DNA from: Balanoglossus misakiensis
Taxonomy: Eukaryota; Animalia; Hemichordata
Assembly: GCA_040954595.2 (NCBI GenBank)
Contig: JBECUI020000066.1
Coordinates: 1 to 39,196 of the forward strand
Direction of reading: 5' to 3'
Length of the DNA: 39,196 bases
A program made the position numbers and the translations under genes. Numbering within the stretch: the first letter of the stretch is position 1; the number at the start of each line of letters is the position of its first letter. The notes beneath the pieces are model-generated. The model was not told the DNA's origin and searched no databases. It saw nothing but the letters and a program-made list of their open reading frames with translations. This document shows positions 28,638-39,196 of the stretch, in pieces.

Positions 28638-31600
28638 ATGGCGAAAGCAATGAATCGCAGAGAGCGATTATTATCGTTTCGGAAGAAGGGATTTTTGTTA
28701 AGTGGAGATGCGCCGAGCGGGTTATCAAGGTTTATAGAGAAGCGAGGCGGTCCGCAGTATTTTCTAGTTTTTTCCTCATATATTTCTTCAGTTTTTAACT
28801 GTCTTTATGACAGTTTTTTATTATCCATTTTACTATTCGGCATGGCATTATCGCCTGTTCAAGCAGAAGATACGACCTCGCCAATTGTGGACATCAGTGC
28901 GCTTGATGGTCCATTCACTGCGGGTCATGTTGGGATGATATTATTTCGTTTTGACGAGCCGGTGAGGGTTTTGATGAGGAGGATATAGGTGTTGTAGGGG
29001 GACGCATACAAGCGAACAGTTTTTATGCATATTCTGGCGGCATGATTTTCACGGCGCATTATTTACCGCCTTTGGGATATGAGGGGAAGGTATATATTTA
29101 TGTAAACAGTCATACATATAGTGACATATCGGGCAATCTCGGACTAGGTAATATATTAGCGGTTGAGACACGAATGCCTGATGAGGATACGATTTCGCCT
29201 CGTGTTAGTTTAGGGTTACCTCATGTGTTGACAGGCGGCGAGATAAGCGATTTGGAGTTTCGTTTTAGCGAGCCGGTATTGGGTTTTGATGAGAGAGACA
29301 TATCTATCTCGCAAGGCCATATAGGATATAACACGCTGGAGAGCGAGGAAGGAGGGGTTGTATGGCGTTTGAAGTATTTGCCGCCATCGAAGTATGAAGG
29401 GGAGGTAAAGGTGTCTATTGCGGCGGGGAGCTACACGGACACATCGGGCAATTTAGGGGAGCTGGGGCGATTTTAACATTCTTGTGCAGTTGCCTGTGGA
29501 CGTAACGCGGCCTACGGTAGAGATAGAGGCTCTCAATGCGCCATTCACTGCTGGAACAGAGGGGATACTTGTAATCCGTTTTGATGAGTCTGTGCTTGAT
29601 TTCACAGAAGAAGACATAGGGTCATCTCATGGGCAAATTAAGAAGGGCAGTCTGTATGCGGATGCGACAGACAAGGTTTTTACGGTGCGTTATCTGCCAC
29701 CTTTGGACTACGAAGGCAAGGTATATCTTTATGTTAATAGTGGTGGTTACACGGACATATCGGGCAATTTAGGTTACGGAGTAATCTTTGAGGGAGATAC
29801 TCAATTGCCTCCCGGGGTTGACATCAAGAGTCCAAGCGTAGAGATAAGTTCTGCTCATGAGTTTCAGCCAGGCAGTATGGTATCGTTAGCATTTCGTTTT
29901 AGCGAGTTGATAAGTGGTTTTGACGAGGAGGACATCCATGTGTCCCACGGACGGATAGAGGCGGGGAGTTTAGAGGCAGATAGCACGAGAAGGAATTGGT
30001 TTGTCGGGTATCATCCGCCGGCTGACTATGATGGTGAGGTTGTGATTTATATTAATTCTGGAAGTTACCGTGATCTAGCGGGCAACTTGGGGTTACATGC
30101 AAGTTTTGTGAGGAGTATCCGTTTACCTGATGGCGGCGATGGCGATGGATTGCCGCCTTCGCCTTTTGAGGTAGCGCCTATTTTGTCGGAGACGGCGACG
30201 ACGGGATTTGCGGAAGGAAATACATTTTTATACAGCGGCACCGATCCGATACAGAGCGGGGTAGAAGAGGGGAGTATTCAAGATGAGCATATAGCGGTAT
30301 TACGCGGTCAAGTTCAGAATAGAGAAGGCGAGCCGCTTAGTGGCGTGAGGATAAGCATCAAGGGGCATCCGGAGTGGGGAAGCACATTGACACGGGCGGA
30401 CGGTTGGTTTGACATGGCGGTCAATGGAGGCGGTTGGATTACGCTTGAGTATTACAAGGGGGGTTATCTTGAGGCACAACGACAGATAGATGCGCCATGG
30501 AGGGATTATGCATTTATTGATACGGTATCATTAGTTTCATTGGACTTGCAGGTGACGGAGATAGATTTAGGTTCGTCGGCTACGATGCAGGTAGCACGAG
30601 GTAGCGTAAGCGAGGATATAGACGGTAGTCGTCAAGCGACGGTATTTTTCCCGCAGGGTGTGAGTGCGACGATGACATTAGAGGACGGCACAGTTCAATC
30701 ACTGGAGACGCTCAATGTACGTGCGACGGAGTACACGGTGGGGGACAAGGGTCAGCAGGCGATGCCGGGCGTGTTGCCTGCGGCGTCGGGTTATACTTAT
30801 GCGGTGGAGTTGAGCGTGGATGAGGCGCGAGCGGCAGGTGCAGGTCGCGTGGATTTCAGTGAGGCTATTCCTTTTTATGTAGAGAACTTCCTTAGTTTCC
30901 CGGTAGGTGAGGTAGTGCCTGCGGGTTGGTATGATGCCGAGCGCGCGGCGTGGGTGCCGTCTAATAACGGTTTAGTGATAGCAATCGTCGGTATAGATTC
31001 AGAAGGCAGAGCGGAGTTGGACCTAAGCGGCGATGGGATAGCGGCAGATGCTTTGGCGTTGTCGGAGTTAGGCATTAGTGAATCCGAGCGCGCTCAGTTA
31101 GCGGCGACCTATGCGATAGGGCAGGGTCTATGGCGGGTACCGATAGCACATTTTACACCTTGGGATTGCAACTGGCCTTATGGCCCACCGTTAAATGCGA
31201 TCTCACCGCCTTTGAATCCTCCGGTAACAGGAGATGAGGGTAGGCCTGATACGGACGACTCCAATATTTGCTATGGTTGCATTATCGATGCGCAGGCGCA
31301 GAGTTTAGGCGAGGACATTCCATTAACAGGCGCTGCTTATCAGCTGCATTATAGGAGCGAACGCATGCCAGGCAGGCAATCCCGTCGCATGATTGACATT
31401 CCTTTAAGCGGTGAGAGTGTACCCGATACCTTAAACGGCATTGAGTTGACGATAGACATTGCCGGTCAGCGTTATACGGAGACCTTTGCGGCTGCGCCTA
31501 ATCAAAGCACGATTTGGGAATGGGACGGCAGGGACGCCTATGGGCGGGAGATGCATGGCGAGGTGACGGCGACTATTACGATAGACTATATATACGGTAT

Positions 31601-34600
31601 TGTCTATTATGCAGCGCGGTCGGACTTTGCGCGTAGTTTTGGTATGATCGCAGCTAGAAATAACAGTGGCGGCAATACCCTTGGCAGTCCGCGAGTGATA
31701 GGAACGCGCGGCAGCCAAACTATCCGTACTCAACGTACTTGGCAGAAAGAATTGAGGGCTAGTCCGCCGCTAGCAAGCGGTTTAGGCGGCTGGGGGTTAA
31801 GTGTGCATCATAGTTACGACCCTAGGGCAGGCATGCTCTACAGGGGCGATGGCGGTAGGCGGGCTGTGAGCGATTTCAATACTGCTGTTATCACGACGGT
31901 AGCAGGTACTGGAGGAGCAGGGTTCAGTGGCGATGGTGGACCTGCGACGGGGGCACTTTTATACGAACCGCACGACCTATCCTTGTCTGCCGATAGTAGT
32001 TTGTATGCTGTTGATTGGTATAATCACCGTATCCGCAAGATAGACCCGGACGGCATCATCACGACGGTAGCAGGCACTGGAAGAGCAGCTTACGATGGTG
32101 ATGGCGGCCCGGCGATGAAGCAGATTTTAATGAGCCAATTGCCTTTACCATGCTTCCGAACGGCACTCTCTATATTTCTGATTTTGGAAACAACCGCGTT
32201 CGCAAGATAGACCCGGATGGCATCATCACGACGGTAGCAGGCACTGGAATAGCAGGTTACGGTGGTGATGGTGGACTTGCGACGGAGGCACTTTTAAACG
32301 GACCGCATGACCTTGTTCTATCTGCAGACGGTACCTTGTATATATCAGATAGCGGCAATCACCGTATCCGCAAGATAGACCCGGACGGCATCATCACGAC
32401 GGTAGCAGGCACTGGAAGAGCAGCTTACGATGGTGATGGTGACTTGCGACAGAGGCAAGCTTGCATCATCCTTACGGGCTTGCGCTTGCTTCTGATGGCA
32501 GCTTGTATATAGCGGATGCGGATAATCACCGTATCCGCAAGGTTGGTTCGGACGGCATCATCACGACGGTAGCAGGCACTGGAATAGCAGCTTACAACGG
32601 CGATGGCGGATTGGCCATAGAGGCACATCTATACCGTGCACATGATATTGCGCTTGCCTCTGATGGCAGCTGTATATTGCCGATGAGAACAATCACCGTG
32701 TCCGTAAGGTTGGTTCGGACGGCATCATTACGACGGTGGCAGGCACTGGAATAGCAGCTTACAGTGGTGATGGCGAATTGGCGACCGCTACCCACCTAAG
32801 GTCACCGCTTGCTCTTGCATTTGATGCAGAGGGAGGTCTGTATGTTGCAGGACGGTCAGATCACCGTATCCGCAAGGTAAGCGCGCCTTTGCCGGGCTAT
32901 TCCGATACTGATATCCTTATCCCCTCTGCGGACGGCGGGCTTATCTATGTATTTAATAAGAGCGGTCGTCATTTGCGCACGGAAGACAGCACAACGAACA
33001 GTGTTTTGTACCAATTTACCTATACGGCAGCAGGGTTCTTGGACAGTATTACCGACCAAGATGGAGATGCAACGCGATTCATACGTGATGCAAGCGGCAA
33101 TCCTACGACTATTGCCACAGCGGACGGTCAACGCACTGAGTTGGCATTAGACATAAACGGTTGGCTGGCAAGCATCACCAATCCGAACGATGAAGCGCAT
33201 CAGTTTAGTTATACGGAAGAGGGTCTACTGATGCAGCATACAGACCCACGCAATAATACCAACGATTATAGCTACGATAGCTTAGGGCGTCTTATTAGCG
33301 ATGATGATGCGGCGGGCGGGGGTTGGCAGATTAGCCGTAGTCCTTTAGAGGGAGGTTATGAAGTCGTGATGCAGTCGGGAGAAGGACGCACGTCTACATT
33401 TGGGGTAGAGCCTTTGTCGGTAGGGGGCTGGCGGAAGACGAACACGGCTCCGGACGGGACGCAAAGCGTCACGGTATATGGCAATGGAGCATTGACCACG
33501 ACGACTGCAGCCGATGGCACGGTTATTACGAAGAGAGAAGGGCAGGATCCTCGTTTTGGGATGTTGGCGCCGATAACAGAAGAGACTGTCATAGGTCTGC
33601 CATCTGGTTTAAGCCATACGGTAGTAACTAGCAAGACGGCTACTTTAGCAGATGAGGATAATCTATTAAGCCATACGTCATTAGGCGAGACAGTTACGGT
33701 CAATGGCAGGACAAGTGTTGCGGCGTATGATGCGGCAAGCCGTGTATGGACGATGACGAGTGCGGCAGGCAGGCAATCTATCCAAACCCTAAACGACAAG
33801 GGCAGGCCAATACAAAGCAGCATTACAGGTATAGCAGATGTATTATATGAATACGACTTGCGTGGGCGTATGACTAAGGCCAAGCAAGGCACAGGGGCGG
33901 GGCTAAGAGAGAGCGTATTAAGCTATAACAGCGAGGGTTATCTTGCCAGCATCACCGATGCAATGAATAGGCAGACTGATTTTAGTTATGACCTAGCAGG
34001 TCGTGTTACAAGTCAAACGCTAGCAGACGGCAGGACGATACATTATGAATACGATAGCAACGGCAATGTGACGAGCATTGCACCGCCCGGAAGATCTCGG
34101 CATGTATTCAATTATACGGTGAGGAATTTAGAGGAGTCCTATACTCGCCTGATGTATCGGACGTTATGGAGCCGACGACTTACTACAGTTACAACTTGGA
34201 CAAGCAGCTTACTGAGGTCCTGCGCCCTGACGGTAAGGTTTTAGGTTTTAGTTACGATGGTGTCACAGGCAAGCTATCGAGCATGATGATGCCGAGGGGG
34301 AGTTATAGCTACAGTTACGACAGCACAACAGGCAAACTAACAAGCATAACGACGCCTGAAGGGAATAGTTTGAGTTATGCGTATGATGGCGGTTTATTGT
34401 TAAGCCGTGCATGGTTGGGAGAGGTTCAAGGAGGTGTAAGCCAAAGCTATAATAATGACTTCGCAGTAACGCAGCGCAAGGTAAACAATGATTATACCGT
34501 GTCTTTTTCCTATGATAATGACATGTTGCTCACGCAGGCAGGCAGTCTGACATTAAACAGGGATCAAGGAAATGGTCTTATCACAGGGACGACATTAGGA

Positions 34601-35922
34601 AATATAACGACGGCAAGGAGTTATGACCGATTTGGAGAATTGTTAAGTGTAGGGGCAGATTACACTGACACAGACTTATACGATGTAAGTTATACAAGGG
34701 ACAAATTAGGACGGATAATACAAAGGCAAGAGACGATAGAAGGCATAACGACGACATACGGTTATAGTTATGACGTAGCAGGCAGGCTGGTGGAAGTTAA
34801 AGAGGACAATATCATCACAGCAACATATACCTACGACAGCAATGGCAACCGTACCCATATAAACGGCATACAAGTCGGAACCTATGACGACCAAGACCGT
34901 CTAATGCAATATAACAACACTCAATACAGTTATACCGACAACGGCGAGTTATTGAGTAAGACAGGGCAGGGTGGCACGACAAACTATCAGTATGATGTCT
35001 TGGGCAATTTATTATCGGCAACCCTAGCAGATGGAGCAAGGGTAGAGTATGTAATAGACGGACAAAACCGCAGGATAGGCAAGAAGGTGGAAGGCGTCTT
35101 AGTGCAAGGTTTCTTATACAAGGACCAATTAAACCCGATTGCGGAGTTAGACGGCAATGGCAATGTAGTGAGTCGGTTCGTGTATGGCAGCAAGATGAAC
35201 GTACCCGACTATATGATCAAGGGCGGCATCACCTATCGCATCATAAGCGACCACTTAGGTAGCCCCCGCCTAGTCGTTGATATGGCCGATGGTTCAGTAG
35301 TACAACGCATAGACTACGATGCCTTTGGCAACATAACAAACGATACCAATCCTGGGTTTATACCCTTCGGCTTTGCCGGTGGTTTGTATGATACTCACAC
35401 CAACCTAACAAGGTTCGGCGCAAGAGACTACGACCCCACTATAGGCAGATGGACAAGCAAAGATCCGATACGGTTTAGCGGAGGGGATACTAATTTGTAT
35501 GGGTATGTGTTGGGGGATCCGGTGAACGGGGTTGATATGACAGGACTTGCCTGGCCTCTTTGGATGGCTGGCGGTTGCTCCGCTGGTGCGGTAGGCCCTG
35601 TTTATTCTTGGCTATCGCAGACAATGGTTCGTACCGCGGTATTATATTGGGTTGTGCAATCGGTGGTTTAGGAGCGGTAGGTGCTGGCGCAACAGCTTCT
35701 GCCACGATAACGAAGATTATTGCTGGCCTAACGGGTGCTGCCGCTGCTGGCTTAGGGGTGGTTGGCGAGGCAACTGCGGCAACGCCAGATGGGAATTCGA
35801 ATACAGGTTTACCGTTGCCTAATTACAATAGTCTTGATCCTGTTGATGAACAGACTAAGGCTTTATTTTGTCAGATGAATCCCGATGCGCCAAATTGTCA
35901 GGAGGATACGGATTGCGAATAG
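28638..35922 (+). CDS. Giant teneurin-like Rhs/YD-repeat protein (~2,400 aa reconstructed, ~7 single-base frameshifts): signal peptide, 4 Ig-like repeats, carboxypeptidase-like/FN-plug region, 6 NHL repeats, YD shell, Rhs core, Gly/Ala-rich C-terminal domain
   Basis: Six consecutive + strand ORFs plus the C-terminal ORF, contiguous after frame correction; [46 protein letters not shown] repeats, [41 protein letters not shown]. Confidence 0.88.
28870..30120 (+). repeat. Four ~100-aa Ig-like repeats in A-B-A-B pattern
   Basis: Each has F(D/S)E....F...DI....G.I...Y.PP..Y(E/D)G.V...(V/I)...Y.D..GNLG; units 1/3 and 2/4 are closest pairs. Confidence 0.75.
31890..32880 (+). repeat. Six NHL repeats of ~168 bp
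   Basis: ATCACGACGGTAGCAGG (ITTVAG) or near match at 31890, 32058, 32225, 32393, 32560, 32727. Confidence 0.88.
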
Positions 35923-38745
35923 ATCTAAAGGTCTCTAATCCCTATGTTCAGCAGGATGATTTATTTGCTAGCGGTGATTGATGGTATTTTGTGGTCTATT
36001 TTTTATTACAAATTATCTGATTTAAGCCCTAAATCTTACGCCGGCATTAGGTTATGGTGGGTTTGGTTTCTGGATTGATTATTTGTTGATATGGATATTC
36101 TTGATGTCATTCTTGCCCGCTTATCTCCATTATAACAGGCAGGAATGGAAAGCAGAATTTTGGAATCGGTATCCTTCTGCTCACCGTATTCATGCGAAAA
36201 TTGGTATGGTATTTTTTTGTGATGTATTGCCATGTTATATGCTGATTGGATCAATGATACTTTGCATTAAACTAGCCATCATGTCAGCACCGACCGATTA
36301 GAAACCATGACAATACACAAGGACCCCTTATACCTACATCTACAGCAGCACAACAGTAGACACCAACGATTGGCTAGCCAGTATCACCAACCCCAATGGC
36401 GAGACCAGCCGCTTTAGCTACACAGAAAGCGGGCTTATGACCCAGCACACCAACCCACGCAATAATACCAACGATTATAGCTACGATAGCTTAGGGCGGC
36501 TTATACAAGACATTGACCCCGCAGGCGGCGGCTGGCAGATCAGCCGCACTCCCTTAGCCAGGGGCTATCAGATCGCCATGCAATCAGGCGAGGGACGCAC
36601 GTCTACATTTGGGGTAGAGCCTTTGTCGGTAGGGGGCTGGCGGAAGACGAACACGGCTCCGGACGGGACGCAAAGCGTCACGGTATATGGCAATGGAGCA
36701 TTGACCACGACGACTGCAGCCGATGGCACGGTTATTACGAAGAGAGAGAAGGGCAGGATCCTCGTTTTGGGATGTTGGCGCCGATAACAGAAGAGACTGT
36801 CATAGGTCTGCCATCTGGTTTTAAGCCATACGGTAGTAACTAGCAAGACGGCTACTTTAGCAGATGAGGATAATCTATTAAGCCATACGTCATTAGGCGA
36901 GACAGTTACGGTCAATGCAGGACAAGTGTTGCGGCGTATGATGCGGCAAGCGTGTATGGACGATGACGAGTGCGGCAGGCAGGCAATCCATGCGAACATT
37001 GGACGACAAGGGAAGATTGATACGAAGCGAGATGACGGGCATAGAGGATGTCTTGTATGAGTATGATAATCGCGGGCGCATGGAGAGAGTTAAGCAAGGG
37101 ACGGGAGGATTATTAAGGGATACCTTGTTGAGTTATAACAGTGAGGGGTATTTAGCGAGCGTAACTGATGCAATGAATAGGCAGACTGATTTTAGTTATG
37201 ACCTAGCAGGTCGTGTTACAAGTCAAACGCTAGCAGACGGCAGGACGATACATTATGAATACGATAGCAACGGCAATGTGACGAGCATTGCACCGCCCGG
37301 AAGATCTCGGCATGTATTCAATTATACGGTGAGGAATTTAGAGGAGTCCTATACTCCGCCTGATGTAAATAGCATCCTAGACCCAACAACCCAATATACC
37401 TACAACCTAGACAAGCAGATAATCCAGATCATGCGCCCTGATGGTAAGGTTTTAGGTTTTAGTTACGATGGTGTCACAGGCAAGCTATCGAGCATGATGA
37501 TGCCGAGGGGGAGTTATGGTTATCGTTATGATAGTACGACGGGCAAACTAACAAGCATAACGACGCCTGAAGGGAATAGTTTGAGTTATGCGTATGATGG
37601 CGGTTTATTGTTAAGCCGTGCATGGTTGGGAGAGGTTCAAGGAGGTGTAAGCCAAAGCTATAATAATGACTTCGCAGTAACGCAGCGCAAGGTAAACAAT
37701 GATTATACCGTGTCTTTTTCCTATGATAATGACATGTTGCTCACGCAGGCAGGCAGTCTGACATTAAACAGGGATCAAGGAAATGGTCTTATCACAGGGA
37801 CGACATTAGGAGATATAACGACGGCAAGGAGTTATGACCGATTTGGAGAATTGTTAAGTGTAGGGGCAGATTACACTGACACAGACTTATACGATGTAAG
37901 TTATACAAGGGACAAATTAGGACGGATAATACAAAGACAAGAGACAATAGAAGGCATAACGACGACATACGGTTATAGTTATGACGTAGCAGGCAGGCTG
38001 GTGGAAGTTAAAGAGGACAATATCATCACAGCAACATATACCTACGACAGCAATGGCAACCGTACACATATAAACGGCATACAAGTCGGAACCTATGACG
38101 ACCAAGACCGTCTAATGCAATATAACAACACTCAATACAGTTATACGGACAACGGCGAGTTATTGAGTAAGACAGGGCAGGGTGGCACGACAAACTATCA
38201 GTATGATGTCTTAGGCAATTTATTATCGGCAACCCTAGCAGACAATACAAGGATAGAGTATATAGTTGATGGGCAAAACAGACGTATAGGCAAGAAGCTC
38301 AACGATATCTTAGTGCAAGGTTTCTTATACAAGGACCAATTAAACCCGATTGCGGAGTTAGACGGCAATGGCAATGTAGTGAGTCGGTTTGTATATGGCA
38401 GTAAGATGAACGTACCGGATTATATGGTTAAGGGCGGGGTGTTCTATCGCATCATAAGCGACCATCTAGGCAGCCCCCGTCTAGTTGTGAATATGGCGGA
38501 TGGCTCAATAGTACAACGCATAGACTACGATGCCTTTGGCAACATAACAAACGATACCAATCCCAACTTCCAACCCTTCGGCTTTGCCGGCGGTTTGTAT
38601 GATACGGATACCAACCTAACCCGTTTTGGCGCAAGAGACTACGACCCCACTATAGGCCGCTGGACAAGCAAAGATCCGATACGCTTTGGCGGAGGGGATA
38701 CTAATTTGTATGGGTATGTGTTGGGGGATCCGGTGAATTGGGTTG
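33150..38745 (+). repeat. ~2.4-kb direct duplication of the Rhs shell/core (about 33150-35535 vs 36357-38745)
   Basis: Long near-identical blocks (e.g. 33383-33779 vs 36593-36988; 34225-35030 vs 37435-38240) separated by divergent patches. Confidence 0.9.
35944..36301 (+). CDS. Putative immunity protein 1, ~118 aa, ~3 TM (one frameshift near 36072)
   Basis: ATG 21 bp after the Rhs stop; MFSRMIYLLAVIDGILWSIFY...WWVWFL/IDYLLIWIFLMSFLPAY...IGMVFFCDVLPCYMLIG. Confidence 0.6.
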
Positions 38746-39067
38746 ATCCGAACGGGGAGATGGGTATTGTGGAAATAGTAGTGACCGCAGTAGGAGTTTA
38801 CATTGCTTATAATATTATTCGTGCCGCCTATGATTTTGCTGTTAGTATTGAGCGAACAAAAGAGAGACAGCGCGAAAGACAGGATAGGTTTTCTGAGCAT
38901 CTTAAGGGAAACCATGACATAGATATTCAGAAAGATCAGCGTGAGAATTATAAGGATATAGTTGATACCCTCAAAAAAGGGTTGATCTAAATGATGCTTT
39001 GGACAATCTTGGTAAATATAAAAAAGTTGATGATTTAGTTAAAGGCAAAGGCTGCCCTGTTAAATGA
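36356..39067 (+). CDS. Orphan Rhs module (partial YD shell + core + different C-terminal domain), frameshifted
   Basis: Homology to the first Rhs starts mid-shell ([14 protein letters not shown] vs [14 protein letters not shown]); [10 protein letters not shown] followed by a new C-terminus; one extra G near 38980 extends it to ..GKGCPVK* at 39067. Confidence 0.8.
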
Positions 39068-39196
39068 AGTCCCCTATCAGTAAAGACAGAAAAAATAAAT
39101 TATTGCTGTATTGCGCGGCGTATTAGCCTGCCTTCTTGTTTTTTCTAATTGGCTTGATTATCAGACGCACAGAACTTATAGCCCTATCTTGAAAGA
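39064..39196 (+). CDS. Putative immunity protein 2, truncated by the window edge
   Basis: ATGA overlap with the corrected orphan Rhs stop; [17 protein letters not shown](A)/GVLACLLVFSNWLDY hydrophobic start after one frame correction. Confidence 0.45.

Noticed and set aside
33150-38745. DGR template/variable repeat pair
   Set aside because: Differences are not adenine-specific, the repeat is kilobases long, and no reverse transcriptase is present

Overview
AT-rich (roughly 40-45% GC by eye), probably gammaproteobacterial chromosome window with four blocks. (1) 1-10.7 kb, metabolic/envelope genes: aceK (3' part), a DegT aminotransferase + Gfo/Idh/MocA dehydrogenase + lpxB operon (GnnB/GnnA-like, diamino-lipid A), tusA, a formyltransferase/hydrolase operon fhcA-fhcD(ftr)-fhcC with no fhcB, a sterol desaturase-family gene and aceA. 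(2) 10.8-17.7 kb, a defence-like island without an integrase: a collapsed relic of a helicase/Type IIG R-M operon, then C5-MTase + GHKL(MORC-like)-TIGR02391 + Vsr, a membrane-anchored pentapeptide-repeat protein, and a Fic protein with a phased operator-like array. Each cargo unit is preceded by a copy of the Type IIG C-terminal tail (LYGLxxEEI), which suggests a cassette array built at that anchor. (3) 17.8-28.4 kb, a complete Xps-type T2SS operon (gspEFGHIJKLMN-D) on the minus strand. (4) 28.6-39.2 kb, divergently transcribed, a ~2,400-aa teneurin-like Rhs protein (signal peptide, 4 Ig-like, NHL, YD shell, variable C-terminus) with a membrane immunity candidate, followed by an orphan Rhs module with a different C-terminus and its own immunity candidate. 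Many genes in blocks 3-4 are split by 1-2 bp indels in short runs. Internal repeat comparisons suggest these are mostly sequencing errors. All family assignments come from motif recognition, not database searches.
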